Of a DNA stretch of 64,000 nt, positions 34,236 to 49,184 are shown piece after piece. Under the pieces are notes generated by a model that searched no databases, was not told the origin of the DNA, and saw nothing but the letters and a program-made list of their open reading frames with translations. The stretch lies in the NCBI RefSeq assembly GCF_964204645.1, contig NC_134034.1, forward strand, positions 7,700,962 through 7,764,961, read 5' to 3'. The position numbers and the translations under genes are program-made. Numbering within the stretch: position 1 is the stretch's first letter; every line of letters starts with the position of its first letter. This stretch comes from Tubulanus polymorphus. Taxonomy: Eukaryota; Animalia; Nemertea.

Positions 34236-36945
34236 CTAAAAATCCATTGAAATTGAAGTTATTGATATATTTTATACATCTAAAACAGATGCCATGGCCA
34301 TTGAGACCAATTAGAGCTCTATAACAAAACACAATCATATTATTATTTATATGAAAATTTCATCAACATGTATGAAGTGTGGATTAAGGTGAACAACAAT
34401 TGCTTACAGTTGGCCATCTTGAATCTGACCATTGATGTTTTTGAGCTGCAGATGTGTCTAGGGTAGATACATGCATAATCAAAATATCAAGACAATTTAT
34501 TGAAGCAATCTTCAAAGCTTTCCTAAATCCATCTGCAGACAGATGAGCAGACAAAAAGTGAACGCAATAGCCCCTTACAAGGTCGCTTAAAAGGCTCAGC
34601 AGATTTCTCTGAACGAAAACGGGTGGTCTAATCTTGGAAATTAGTAGGTCTAACTAGTTGAGTAACACAAGTTAGTATCCTACGTCGTCTCCTGATAAGT
34701 GAGTAATCGAAAATGTACAGGACCGAGTAAGTTTCCAGAACGACCTAAACAATCTGTAATCCCTACGTGGTCAGAACCATGGAAGATGAGCTTCAACCCG
34801 AAAAAGGCAATGGATATTGGTTACGAAGAAAACCAAAGTTCATGACGTGCCTTTTTGTTCAAGTGGGAAGATTACTATGTTCGTTAGAAGATTACTTTGA
34901 ATATTACATTGCATCGAAAACACTATTTAGTTACAACACAAGTTTTTTTGGAATGAAAAACTTTTCAATCAAACAATGTACTTGTTTGAATGAAAAACTT
35001 TAAGCTAAGCATACACTGACAAAGCGACTGGATACAACTAGTTGCTACCTCTAGTTGAGTACCTCGCTCACATCGAAAATCTAATGAAAACCAGCAACTG
35101 TGTGGCTCATGCCCGGTCGCTAGGTCCATAGCGCACACATTGACAGCACACATCAATCTTTCATCCCAAAGAAAACTTTTCGTGTCATTTCCGTATATGA
35201 GTAATTTCATTCAAACATAATAATCTTCTCACTTGAACAAAAAGTCATGATACGAACCTGGGCTTTCTTTGTATCCAATATTCATATTATGCCTTATACA
35301 TTATGCAGATTGATTTCATTCGAACAAAACATTTTGAAAAAATCATTTGAACAATACTGTTTTCGCTCAACAATTTTTTGGTCGGAACAGAATAGTTTTC
35401 ATTTGGAACCAAGTTTTCTCATCGGAACTTAAAGCCTAGCCTACATCGACACTGCAATTGGAGACAACTAGTTGCCGGGCAGTTTTCGGCGCATGAGAGC
35501 AACTGGCTGGATACAATCAGTTATTCGAACGGGTCCATGTGAGCTAGCTTACGACTGGTTAGTGTCCATCTATCTCCAGTTCCAGCCAATTGCCTATATT
35601 CTACTTTTGAGCAACTGGTTGTACTCAGTTGCTGTCATATCCGTCGGACGAAGTAATACAGGTATTAAGTAAATATTCCGTGGATTTGGTTAAGATCGGT
35701 ATGTACTGTAGGAAAAATAGAATATTGATAAATGGTTGAAATCCGCGGCCGAATCGCTGGTAGTAATAAATTGGTTTATTCATATTCTGAATTTTGGAAT
35801 GACAGCCCAGAAAAAACATGTCGACTCATTGAATGGGGCCCAATTTTCGATGTTTATGGCCCGACAATGCTTTTCTAACAAAATACACCCGGAGTATTTG
35901 TAGATCAAAGGATATCATACGGAATGTATCGGCAACAGATGTAAAGTAACAAAGCCTATGTTCATTTAGAAAAAATAGTGTTGAATAAAATGACAAGGTG
36001 CCCATGGAAACTGTTAGATTTGGCGCAGAAGTTAGTAAATTGAAGGAGTCAATCGTATCCACCATACGAGACCATACATTGGTTTAGTAAGGTGCTCTAT
36101 CAGCACATACTTGACATAAAAGGAAATTCATGTTTTAAAAGTATTAAATGTGTAACCGGGGATCTGTGGAGCTAGCATTTACACCAACAAGTACAGGATT
36201 CCATCCATCATGAATAACAAGGCAGTTAGACCTAATATGTACAATCTTTATTGCACCCCGGAATGTGAATGATTATCATAACTTTACATAGTCTTTACAT
36301 ACAGAATCATGAGTATGATGTGAGAACTTGGGGTCAGACAAGTTGTAAACATCAGGACTCACGAACTAACACCTGGTGGCATGTTTGAGACATTACAAAT
36401 TATTGATGAGTACTGACAGCTAATTACTGTGAAAACCTATTGAGTAATGTCACATGTTGACGACTTTAAAGCACAAATTGATACTATAGTCATAAGTTAT
36501 ATTACATTATTAATATTATCATTATCATCAAGCATTTCATGTAGTAAGAGATATGAAATATTATGAACCATTCGATATGAAATTGTAGCTGGGGATCTGT
36601 GTAAACCATTTGTAAGTAGGCCAAACAGATTTTGAAATTAAATTCGTGTAATCATTTTGAATTAAAAGCCTCCTAATAAATTATAAGGTTTCATCAAATC
36701 AGAAGCATCTCAGATGTCATATCTATATTTTTGTTGCTCATGCCTCACAGCAGTATTTGGAAAAATATAATAGTAAATATAGTGGAAGAACGGCAAAAAT
36801 ATGGTTTTTTTTTAGAATGATGCCAAAATGAAAATCAGAGAAATTCAGCATGATTGGAGGCATATTGCTACTAGCCAAACCGATTTTCTGTCCTCTCCAC
36901 TGTCTCTTATCGAGCCATCCAATGTGGTGTATGACTATATTGAGA

Positions 36946-37076
36946 TGATGGCTGTTAGTCAACAGCCGAAACGTTGTGGTTTCATAAGAATAAATTTAAT
37001 CGTATGATTTTAAATTCGAAGTGTGGGATTTCTTCATTTATCTACAGTTTACACGGATTATAGTGTTTATTCGACA
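36946..37076 (+). mobile_element. short Penelope-like fragment with a truncated hammerhead-like motif
   Basis: tgat-ggctgtt-agtc-aacagcc-gaaacgtt followed by aataaa; flanked by the 12-bp direct repeat actatattgaga (36934 and 37077). Confidence 0.45.
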
Positions 37077-37861
37077 ACTATATTGAGAAGGTTCGACACA
37101 AGTGATTACCAGTGCAGCTAATAGATTATTCACGGATATCGGGTGTGGTCACCTTGGCATAGCAAAGCCTCTCACAATAAAGTCACACAACCACATGAAA
37201 AGAAACAAAATGTGAGATGTTAAATACAAGACACATGATATGCCTGGAAAAGCAAGTAATTGTTACATCAGAAGCAGATTTGGAACTGTTTTTAAGATTT
37301 GTGCCCGCCCAAAAAAAATATAGTAAATATAGTACAAATTTGCAAAAATATAGTAAATATAATGATACAGTTAATATAGTAATGGGTAGAATTGCTCGAA
37401 CTTCTGACCCATCATGAACAAGTCTTGTGCTCCACTAACTGGGCCATTGTGTCTGCATGAAGAAACCATACTGTAGAATTGTTTGGATGCAGTAAGAGTC
37501 AATAATTAGAATTCCTGCTTACTGATTGGCTGAAATTTTGTCTGCCTCCGTTTGGCCCCCCTATAAATAATTTCACAATCGTTTATACCCGTTGCATTAG
37601 TTTATACAAATTCCCATTAACATGTATACAAGCGAGTTATTACATTCAGTTGGTAATTTTGAAACTACATTTTGTTTTGCCATTATGTGGATCTCCTTTC
37701 AGGCAATGAGTTTTTAGGTAATTGTGAATTATGGATAAAACATCATGTCCAATGAAAGAAGTGGTCAAATTTTGTCCATTATGAATGTGTATTTATACTT
37801 CTTCATGAATAAAGTTGTGTGGAGCTGGAACAATGAAGATGACTGCAGATTACATGAATTA

Positions 37862-38061
37862 TAAATCACACATGACTGTGTTATATGACATGTGTGATTC
37901 ACATTCAGGGCTGTATCACACGTGTGATTCACATGTGTAAAAATGGGACATAATCACACGGGTGATTCACATACAAAATCACACATGTGATAATGTCCCA
38001 TTGTAACACATGTGAATCACACGTGCTTTTAAAAATCATATGTGTGATTTTTTTGTAAGGG
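37862..38061. repeat. array of cacatgtg/cacgtg palindromes ending in a CCC-type terminus (end of a non-autonomous DNA transposon)
   Basis: Repeated atcacacatgtgtgat-like palindromes ending ttttttgtaaggg. Confidence 0.45.
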
Positions 38062-38966
38062 TATGCTCAGTTGCGCAGACAAAAGGCCTTAGCTCTGGAA
38101 GCCATGTCATTTAAATTTGCTCATATTTGGGTGAAGCATAAGGAAATCCATGTATTTTAGGCTTAAAACAGGCACTCGGCTTATTGGACAGAAAATACGT
38201 TATTTGGTCGAATATTTAGCTAAAAGAACTGAAGGTAATGAGGCTCGCAATATAAAAGTTCGATCAAAAGTTAGGCTCGGTAGGGGTTGAGATTGGATGC
38301 ATTTAGAGGATATAAGAATTTTGAGGAAAACTGCAGTAATGAAAAAGCTCAAGTGATGCAGAAAAAAAATTCAACCAAAGGCCCATGGGTCCAGTTGGAT
38401 CAACTAAGTACATTTTACCAGTTCTATGATTTTACTTTTGTGCACAAACCCCATTTGTTCTGGGATTGATTTGCAGTAACGATGAAATCTTGGTGCAGTG
38501 AGTAAGCATGTTCAACTTTGATGCTATACATGGTAATGGGTTCTCCCCATGACTCACTAACACTTGGCAGAGCAATCAATCCTATGTTCTACATGTTCTT
38601 CATGGAAATGTCCTGCTACAAGAGACCTCACTGAAAATTCTTTGGTTTTAATCTCAATCAATTAAAAGTTCCAATGTTAACACATTGGCTGCCGCTGACG
38701 AGATAAATCGTCATGGTAGGTGCACCGCAGTTTGTCATGACGAGTTATATTGTCACCAATTCAATGTCATTTCACAGCGTTATGAATGACCTGGCAAAGG
38801 CAAGAAACCAGCAAACAATTGTCTGGCAGTATGGAGACAAAGATATTATTTATGGGGGGTAACTCAAATCTGGTGCACACTTGAAAGTTTAGAAAGGAAT
38901 GAATTCTAGCTTCTTTTCCGGCCAATATTTAGACCATATAAGGTCGAAAATCTATATGTGCTTTTA

Positions 38967-41900
38967 ATATTGGCCATAGTAAGTCTAAAATAACTGTGTT
39001 ATAATGCTGTGTTATAATGTGATATGAGTCTTTCGTTGGTTGTTGTTCGTCAGGTGACTCCTGTGTAGTCGGAATAAAGATATTTGTAGTTGATTCTGTT
39101 TCTCCAGATTGGTTATGTGTGTGGTCGGAATTCTTGTTCCATCGCCAGCTGTGCAGTGTACCGAGGAAGAAATCTTCAGGACCCCCAACAACATTAAGTG
39201 ATTTGAGGACCCCTCGTTTACAACCAGGGAATTCGTGCGGTCACATTTTGTGCCCGATCTGGGGCCGTTGGAGCAATTCGGAATCGTACGAAGTATTTGG
39301 TCGAGGGTGCATCCATAAATTTCGACGTTTCGTTTACGAGACGATCCAGTTCAGAATTGGGCATATAATAGTCGGAGAAGTTGGAAATCCGCGGTTGAAT
39401 GTAAAATGCGGCCTGAAATTGTGCAATTGAAGTTATTGAAAGTGCGGCCTGGAATCGTGTTTCGTCTGTTCAGTGTTTCCGATAAGGGCGTATAATTAGG
39501 ATAGAGAGATGTCAATTCGCTACCAGTAGGCGTGATTCATGATTTCATAATTATGTCAAAATATATTTGTTTGTCTGTCTCATTGTAATATGTATTTTAT
39601 CGTGTGCATGATCGATCGAACTGGTTAAATCGAGATGTTCACTAATCTACTAAGGTGAAGTATTGATAGCGGGTGAATGCAATATCTGTACCAACATAGC
39701 ACGTTATAGGTGAGCAACCTTTTCTAACACGCTACCCATGTTTGTTTCTTGCTACGCTTTGCTTCGTTCGAGTCAACGCTTCAGTACGCTACGCTTGCGA
39801 TTACATATTTTGCGTTACAGTCAGTGTACCGTGGTGATTATTTCGGGTCTCCGGGCATGACGACGGTGGAACTGACGAGATCCCGCACATTTAGAAAAAA
39901 ATTGTTATCCTTGTTGTTTATTGTATGTTGTTGTGCTAACTGAATTAATTTACTGTTTGTAGGAAAAAAACTGAGTTTTTGAGAGACCTGCTACCCAGCT
40001 GGCTGATATTCTTTTTCCAATTTTCAGTGCTGTTTTCAACAGCAGGTTTAGAGGGTCAGTTGTGAAATACCAACTGAAATGATCGCTAGCTGGTACAGCA
40101 AAGTGGGTCTTGAGGTAAAAGCCAGTAGGCAGCATGCCTCAGGGTATTTTGTACTTACTTCTGGCTTAGATTCAAAACAGGTTAAGTCAAAGTTAGAACG
40201 ATTGTCCGCCATTCTAAGGTCTTTCGAGGGGTTAGATCCAAGCAGCAAGATCATTTGTTTTGTGAGTTGGAAAAAAAGGAGGACTCCATTTACCTAGTTT
40301 GTCGAGAGACGAAATGACGGCATCCCCTAACCTTAAAGGTGAATCAATTCCACTGCCAAAAGTGTGTTGCTGTAGCAAGTTGAGTGGTCCAGCTTTATTT
40401 GCCGGGAATACGGTGGCTGTTCGAAGCCATACCATAGGTACTTTTTCGGGGGATTTGCTTGGAAAGAGTGAATTAACTTTTCAGCCATGGCAAATGGAGG
40501 TACGTGCGTTGCAGCGGGATTCTAGGTATTTAGAGTCCCAAATTATAATGGCCGATCTTTACGATGTTCAGCTGTAAGCGTGCTATTTAATACAGGGGAG
40601 GGTGCCATGGTCAAATGACGTTCTGGACAAAACGGCTTTGGCGAAGTATATTCACCTGCAGAAAGCTTACAAAAATTTTAAGTCTCTGTCCACCGAGCTG
40701 GAGAATCCGTTAGTCAGTGGTCATGCCGTTTAGATGATATAATTTGCAGGATTCGGCGGCTCCCTGGGGGAGCTCAATGTATAAATGAGGAGATTTATAA
40801 ATTGCAGTTTTGGCAAGGTCCTTTTGACCATATGGTTAAAATGGGGACGAGACAGAAGGAACAGTAGAGTTGTGGTCAGTCCGGTTTAAATGTAGCATCT
40901 TGTAATGAAGAAGACATCCTATTCTTCACAAGTTTCTGCTAAGAGTGTAAACCAGGGTGTGCTGGGTAAAATGAGTAGTTCGCAGGCCCAAACTGAGCCT
41001 GTCAGGGTAAAACCTCCATGGGAGGTGGCAATTAGTGATCAGGCAGGGGAAGTTGCTGCGTTAGTAAGCAAATTGTCCACCGGACAACAGTCTCCGCAGT
41101 ACCGGAATTAGGTTCCTCAGCAAAGGTCGCCGGTCTTGGTTTCTAATTTCCGGTCGTCAACCAACGCGACCTGTGAGACCATTTAACAGTACATGTTTTA
41201 ATTGCGGGGGATTCGGACATGTGAAAAGAGTGTGTCCCAGTACTCAAGATATTGTCAATCATTTTCAAACTCGAGAATAAAACAGACACCAGCGTCTAAT
41301 AATCGGTCAGACCCAAAAGGCAAGGGTCCACGTCACAGGGCAGCGTGTGGCGCCAATTCAGAAGTAAGCCCTCAGATCGAATTATCCCGCCAGGTTGTGG
41401 GTTCGGCTAATCTAGTTTAGCTTGAATGTGGGGTGTAATGTGTCAGGCTCTGGTGGATTCGGGATATCAAAAGTGGCCACCATTTCACAAGATTTTGTGG
41501 AAGTTTATTTACCTGAGAGCTCCGTTTGTCCATTAACCGATTTCATCGAGGTTACCACGGTGGATGGTTCAGTTTTACCTTATCAGGTGTACCTCGTTGT
41601 GAAGATCAAATGTGGAAACCTTGAGGTAGAAGTTCCTGCTCTAGTGGAGGAAGGGACACCTTTCCATAAAAAAATACCATTGCTAATAGGCACCAATGTC
41701 TTAGATCAGTTGTCTGATTTTGAAGGCTTTCCTTCGCAATGGGGTGTAGCTGATAGGCTTAGATTTCGTGAACCCAATGATGCCGATAAGTCCACCAAGC
41801 CTGTCAGGGTTCCTGGAGGTATGGAATTGACTGTCCACGGATTGGTGCGACGGAAGCTCCCGATGTTTTGGGTATGACATCGTTTTTATAAAGTAGTCTC

Positions 41901-44900
41901 CCTGGAGGACTTATGGTCATTCCTTCCGCTCAGGAAATTGGCTCTGCGTCAGTATCACGAGTCGCAGTAAGAATCTGTAATACGGGCCAGCGTTCGGTTT
42001 CTATCCCTTCCGGAGTTTGTATTTGTTCTATCTCGGCTGTCAATTTAGTGGCAGGTCTTAAGTAGTTGATTTGTCAGATATTGAGGATCACGGAGATTCT
42101 CCTCATGATTCAGTTGAAGCCGAGTTAATCAGGAGATTTCTGAACAGTCTGGCTCCTGTGAAAAAACTGAAAACAATGTAAATAATATGTCGCGAGAAAA
42201 ATTTTGATCTATATTTAAATCCAATGATGTATTACCCCAGGCCATGGAGAAATTAAAGGCCGAGGAGCAGTATAAAAGCCCAATCAATGTCAAAGATGGC
42301 AGTACCCATGAAGCCATAGTGCAGTAGAGAGCTCCAACGGTTGAAACTGGAATTCTCCTATTTTCTCTGTCAGTTATCCGATTTGGATCCTCCTTTTTGT
42401 CAGACATATGTTTTAATGTGTAATATATTCATTTCTGCAGTCAAAAATGTGTTTTAGGCCCTCCTCTTTGAGTAATTAAGCTTTTTAGTTGGTATTTCCG
42501 TCAAAATTTGAATCTTTGTGTTAGCCACCCGGTTAACTAGCATCCATACTCCTCGGCCTTAAGCATCTTCATTGGGGACCTGGCGGTCTATATTTTCTAC
42601 CTCCGATTAGGATTTGGGTAAGACGCATCTAGTTGAACATCATTTAAATTTAACTGAGGACAGGCCGATTTTTCAACGGTATAGACCCATCCCTCCAGCT
42701 ATGGTTGACGAGGTCCGGGAACATCTTAAAATCATGCTGGCGGCTGGGGTAATCTAATCAGGTTGTCATCGAGCGATTTCCCCTCACTCGTAGTTTTGAT
42801 TAGAAAAATGGGGAATTAGAATTTTGCATAGATTGTCGGGAACTAAACACACAATTCCCGATATGTATTGTCTCCCCAGAATTGACAAACATCTTAATGT
42901 TCTTTCGGGCGCTTAGTATTTCTCCAGTCTAGATCTGAAGAGTGGTCATTGGCAGGTAGCTGCGGCCCCCAAGCATAGGGATCAAACGGATTTTTTATTT
43001 TGGCCATATAGTCTCTATATATGAGACCGACTATCAAAAAAATAAGTCTGTTTTGGATTGGAAAATTCCTGAGACGGTTGGGGAGGTTTGGAGTTTTATG
43101 GAGTTCTCCTCGTATTGCCCTCGTTTTGTACAGGATATCAAGAAGATAGCAAAACCTATTAATGATCTCTTAAGGGGAGTGTTAAAGTCTGCATCGGGGA
43201 AAAGTACTTTTAAATCGAATGTCGAATCGGGTGAAGCCCAACAAAATGCTTTTGACACATTGAAACGTGTATTATGTGAACCTCCGGTGCTTGCCTATGC
43301 TGATTATAGTCTTCCCTTTGAGTTACATACTGATGCGTCACTTAAAGGTAAAGGGGCATGTCTATATCAGAACCAAGAGGGCAAACTTTGTCCTATCCGA
43401 TTTGCAAGTTTGGGATTGAAAGACTCTGAGAAGAACTATCCAGTCCACAAGTTAGAATTTTTGGCTTTAAAATGAGGCATTTTATGATTATATTTACGGC
43501 ATTAAGTGCACTGTTAAAAATCGATAGCAACCCCCTTGTGTTAACCACGGCGAAACTTGATGCCACATGTCATCGTTGGTTGCAGAGTTTGACTATAGCT
43601 GAACTTTCTCTGGAATATCAATCCTGTAAGAGTTACGTGGATGCAAATACTTTAAGTCAATGTAGACTCCACAGTAGTTCAGGCTTTGTGTTGTTCAGGG
43701 TCAGTATCTTTTCCGTCTGACGTCCTGGCCTCAAGTGAACAGATTGGTAATAATTATTTTAGAGATAGGGATCCTAGTCTTGCTCAGGAAAATGATCCTG
43801 ATTTGAGGCGTATTATCAGCCATATTAGAGCTATGGGTAGTTTAGCTCTTCTTGTAGCCAGGATCGTAGATGGTAAAAGTATGCAACCCAATTTCGTTTT
43901 CATGATGCTTTGCTATGCCGTAGAGTATTAGAGAATGGTGTCGAGCATTTCCGTGTCGTTATGCCTGAATCAGAGAGGTCTATAGTTTTAGATAGAGTTC
44001 ATGACCAAATGGGTCATCTGGGTCGTGAGAAGACCCTCAGTCTTTTACGAAGTAGATTTTTCTGGCTGGGTATGTATGCAGACGTGGACACGTATATCAA
44101 ATCGTGTAGCCAGTGCGTAGTTCATAAAGGGTCCGTAACCCGTTTTCAGGCCGAATTGGTCCCTATCGTGACTTCAGAGCCGTTGGAAGTAGTATGTATT
44201 GATTACCTTAGTTTAGATCAGAGTAGGGGTGGGTTTGAGTCTACATAATTTTTAACAATAATACGCACTGACCATCAAATAGCCAAAACTATGGCACGTA
44301 TGCTATACGAGCGTTTCATTACAAGATTCGGCGTTCCAAAACAAATTCACGCCAATCAGGGAGCTAATTTTGAAAGCCAATTTTGAAAAGTCAGATGATT
44401 CATCCGGTTCGTCTGGTGTTGATGTGAACACTAGTGCTGCTTTAGAAATGAACAATTCTTTGGATGAGTCTGAAACTAGACGTGGGCGTCCACAACATGT
44501 TTGTAGATTGCCTGCTCACCTCGATAATTTTATTCTCGGACTGGCTCAGGTTCAGTCGTTATGGGAAGGAAAGATTGAAATGCTTTTCCCTGCTGTGAAG
44601 GATTCTAGTGTTAACTCTAATCCAGGCATTATGGCAGCCATTTTAAAACTGCGCAAATGATAAATGTTAGTACTGGCTTGTGATAAAGTCTTGAAATGTG
44701 TCATTGGTGTAATTGTTTACCGTATGTCGCTTTGTGTCATTTGTGTGACTTTTTAAAGTATATTGCTTTGGGTCATTTGTGTAATTGTTTAATGTAAGTC
44801 GCCAGGTGTCATTTGTGTACTTGTTTAATGTAGATCGTTGTGTCATTTGGTAATTGTTTGTTGTAGTTAGTTTAATATCAGTTGTGTAGAGCTGTCTAAC

Positions 44901-45779
44901 GCAGAGTTATGAAATGTTTGTTTTTTTTATTTGTATCATTGTCTCGGGACAGTACAGTTTTTTCTGTGAGGGAGGGCGTGAAGGGAGTTAGTTGTGGGAT
45001 ATGGTTGTAATATTTTCCCTGCCATGGGGAGGATGTAACGGGGCTGGTTTGCTCCAGTTGGTTATCATCCAGTGCAGCCTCCTTCCCACGTTTTCTAGGA
45101 GGTATAAAAGGCAATTTTTCCCTGCATCATGGTCTTTCGTTGATGTGATGGACCGGTCAAGTCTGGTATCCGGCTTTTACCGAGTCCAAATCCGTATTTT
45201 AGTGACCCCCGTATTGTGTGGGGATTCTTTTGTTCTCTTTTGGCGTGGTAATAAAAGAAAGAAGACGTTAGGTAAATCTCGGCCTGGTTTTTGATTAATT
45301 TAGAGGTTCTGTGGAAACAATTATTCCTCCTTTCTTGATTGAGCCAACGAAAGAGGAGATTTCACATTGGTTGTTGCTCGTCATGCGACTTCAGTGTAGT
45401 CGGAATAAAGATATTTGTAGCTTATTCTGTTTCTCCAGGTATGTAGAGAACTGTTTTTTTAGTAAGGGAAAAATATAAGTTATGAAACTCTAGGGTGAAA
45501 CTAAGCTGCATTTCATATTGGCCATAGTAACTGTGTTATAATGCTGTGTATAATGTGATATGGGTCTTTCATTGAATGTTGCTCGTCAGGAAACTCCCGT
45601 GTAGTCGTAATAAAGATATTTGTAGTTTATTCTGTTTCTCCAGTTAGGTTGTGTGTGGTCGGTTTTCTGGTTTCATCTCCGGCTGTACAGTATACAGAGG
45701 AAGAAATCATCAGGACCACCGACAACAACAAGTGATTTGAGGACCCCTCGTTTACAATAAGGGAATCCATGTGGTCACA
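38967..45779 (+). mobile_element. Gypsy/Ty3 LTR retrotransposon, old and degraded
   Basis: Partial 5' LTR (~38967-39245) similar to the end of the 3' LTR (45034-45779, TGTAAC...GTCACA); PPT ggggagga; Zn knuckle CFNCGGFGH; protease LVDSG; RT remnants; RNase H LHTDAS; integrase HDQMGH..CSQC; many stops. Confidence 0.9.
45034..45779 (+). repeat. Gypsy 3' LTR
   Basis: TG..CA ends following the PPT; the last ~270 bp align, with many mismatches, to 38967-39245. Confidence 0.75.
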
Positions 45780-46399
45780 TCGAAAAAGTCGAAAAATATT
45801 CTTTTAAAAAAAGAAATTTTTGGGAAACTAGGGGTTCAGGGACACCATGCCCACTTGGGAAGTGGTCCCAAATGCTCAACAATCTAACACTTTCAATATT
45901 CAACGCCCCCTGGTGACCATTTACAAAAACCAATGACCTTGAAACTCACCACAATCATAGCACATGTCAGCAGCTATGATTGTGTAATTGATTGTGATAA
46001 CAAAATATGCTTCATTACCAATTTAATATGGAAGTACTAAGTTATTCTACCATTCAATGCCCCCTGGTGACCATATTCAAAACCCAAGTCCCAAGTGGGC
46101 TAATAAAAAGTAGTAACTTTTAGCCAAAAAAACTTTTTTCCTTTTGGTCAAATTGTTAATGGTTTGGTTGGGTCTGAATTAGAGCCGCTTTTTGAATGAG
46201 ACGCAATATTGGTTTCTCCGCCTCCACAGTTGTGCTAACAACCGCTGAAAACCGTCTTAAGGAGCACTGCTATCTACGAAGCGCTCGGATGTGATACGTG
46301 CGATTGAGGCGATTAAAGCGATTGAGGCGATTTACACTGATCTCAGGAATGAAGAAAATGGAAGAAAAGGTCGGAAATCCGACTATGGTTGGAAGATTT

Positions 46400-46940
46400 T
46401 CATTCAGATAGGTCAAACCGTATTTTGTAAAAGAGAAAACATAAAGAATAAGGTTAGATAGAAAGGAAGAGTTAGAACAGGAAGAATGTGATAGTAAAGA
46501 ACAGTTTGAACAGGTAGAACATGAGAAACAGCGTTGTCATGAATTGTAATTAGCTAGATTAGGTCAAAGGTCATTTGAAAATTTACCTAGGGTTTGTGTG
46601 AAATATCCAGAGATACCACCTTTCGATGATAAAATAAAAGACATGGATGCTTACTTATTTACTTTCGAAAAATATGCGGAATCTCGTGATTAGCCGCAGA
46701 CGAATGGGTTGCATATGTAATTAGTATGTCTCAAGAACACGCTCATGACTATGGTTTGTTTAAGGAAGCTTTATCAAAGCGGTTTTAATTAACGAGGCAA
46801 GGATTATATGATAAATTTAGAGATTCTTTCCCAACAAAAGGCTAAACGTCTGATCATTTTGTAGGTCGGTTACAAGGCTATTTCAATTATCAAATTGATA
46901 AGGAGCATGGTAGTTTGGTTCATTTAACTATGCAAGAATA
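46400..46940 (+). mobile_element. second Gypsy (Gmr1/SCAN-related) gag fragment
   Basis: PEIPPFDDKIKDMDAYLFTFEKYA..DYGLFKEALSKRF*LT..YDKFR..FVGRL. Confidence 0.65.
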
Positions 46941-47130
46941 AGTATAAACTTCCTGTGGATCGGTTATATGTTCTGATGAAGAAAATGGGTTATTGTTTAA
47001 ATTTTTGATGTTAACGGCCTGACAGTGCTTTTGCCACTTTGAATCATCAAAATACGCACGGAGTATCTGTAGATCCAAGTGAGCTGATGGATATTATACA
47101 GGTTGTATATGAAACAGTGGTGGGTAACAA

Positions 47131-49184
47131 CCCAATTAACATTTCTAGTCGGCCCGACGTCGGCATTGAGTAAGACGAAGTTGGCATTTGGACGTGGATC
47201 GGCAAGGAGTCATCTTCACTGTCGGGCCGACGTTTCCACGCCGACCCCGGCGGGGCAAATACTTATTTCTGATGCATTCGCTCTAATTTAAGCATAATAT
47301 ATGATAGTAAATATTATGTAGGTATATGTATAGCGTAGTTTTGTTTCAAAATTATTAATTCTTGATAAGGTAATCTTTTCGTAGTCGGGCCAACGTTGGC
47401 CCGTTAACCTTATGCCGACCAAGATGGTGGTCCCCTCTTTCGCCCCATTTGAGAATTATTTAAATAAGGACGATATCAATACCTCAGTTATTAATCAATT
47501 ATACACATATACGTTTGATTATATGTTATTAAAAAGGGTTTTTAAACTGAATAAAAATTGAAAGTTTTGTTTTTAATGAGGCCGGCGTGGTGCGCAGATC
47601 TTCCGCCGCCATTTTGGTTCCATTCTGTTCGCACTTTTGTTCGTATTCTTTGTTATCAAAATCGCTATTCATCAGTCTTCTAGTTGTAACAAGTGTAATT
47701 ACAAGTGTTACATTCGGTAAGTGTTATTGTATTTACATGGAATTTGATATTTGCGGCTGAGTTGCTTCAATTTTAAGGCCTAATTGAAGCGACATCAAAT
47801 TCAATGCTAAAATAACACTTAAAATGATTAGGTTATTAGAACTATTATATTGTAATGATTACAAATTGATTGACTCAGGTTTAATAGCTGATATCATGGA
47901 TACATCATCAGGTTTTAGGGCATTTTGAGCTAGTACTAGGCTGCTGCCAACGCTGTTGTGTTGGACTGAAAATGAGAAAATACAATTTAACCAGTTTATT
48001 TTTCTTTTAGGCTTGTCACTGCAATCGAGAAATTTCGTGAGGAAAGGATGTTGGGGCATGTTCTACAACAGTACAACGTCGAAGAGTGTGATATCACTTC
48101 GTGTAGCTTCACTCAATGATATCCAGTCAGGACGAATTTACTGGTGACATTTTTAGAAGCTGTAAGGATGATCCCTTCTCATAAAAGACTACAACAATGA
48201 TTGAGCGGTGAATGAGGGAATTGGGGATGGGGATGCATCAAACTTTGGCTTAAACACGCTAAAATCCTAATAATTCTGTAGTTTTGGCAAAGAATTAAAC
48301 AGCAGTTGAAACCTGTATACATAACAATTCATATGTGTGTCCCCTGCTTTAATACAGATCTTACCATTATCTATGTAGTATGAAAGGATTTATTTTTGTA
48401 TTATGTGATACTTATTAGAAAAAGAAAGTGTGGATTTTTCTAAAATTCTTAAAAAACACTTAGATGAGTCATCTAACTGTGCATATCATTCAGGCATTAA
48501 TCATATAGATATTGCTTTGTTTATTGGTTAATAATTTTCTAAAGATAGTTCAAAATCGTTGTTATCAATCGAAGAAATGCTTTTCAAACGATTTGGTATT
48601 ATATAAATATGATGACATATGATGAATGGTGACAGTAAATTTCTATTTTATTACTTTTATAGTTTATCTCAAAATCTATGTAAACTGTTTAAAATTATGT
48701 ATTGATTTTTGTTTTGCAACTAAAGGAAAAGAACTTGTACATGTAATTCTCTATAGTTGTCTCAGGTATCTTATGGAAGAGGTTCCTCGAACTCAGTTCC
48801 TGGATGACGTTGGCAAACAGTCAGGGAATCGACAAATATGAATGGGGTTTGATCAGAAAACGGTCGGATGAGGTTGGCAAACGGTCGGGGAATCGACAAA
48901 TATGGACGGGGTATGGTCAGAAAAGGGTCGGATGAGGTTGGCAAATGGTTGGGGAATAGACAAATACGGACGGGGTATGTTCAGAAAAGGGTCGGGTGAG
49001 GTTGGCAAACGGTCGGGGAACTGACGGACATACTATTAGGCAGTCGGCATTATGTCGGCAAAGTGACGAAAACTGAATTCGGGCCGACCACTTCCCGACG
49101 ATGGGACGACTATGACACCGACTAAGGGCTGACAATCTTGCCGACTTTATTTGGACGTCGGGCCGACTAAAAAAGTTGACTGGG
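47131..49184. mobile_element. non-autonomous CACTA/EnSpm-like element (CCC termini, 2-bp TSD)
   Basis: ~31-bp imperfect TIRs cccaattaacatttctagtcggcccgacgtc / gacgtcgggccgactaaaaaagttgactggg; TSD AA. The empty site gtaacaaagcctatg is seen in a paralogous repeat at ~35946. Internal 64-bp tandem repeat at 48802-49030. Confidence 0.8.

Noticed and set aside
48802-49030. 64-bp repeats as a CRISPR-like or coding repeat
   Set aside because: Plain subterminal tandem repeat of a TIR element.
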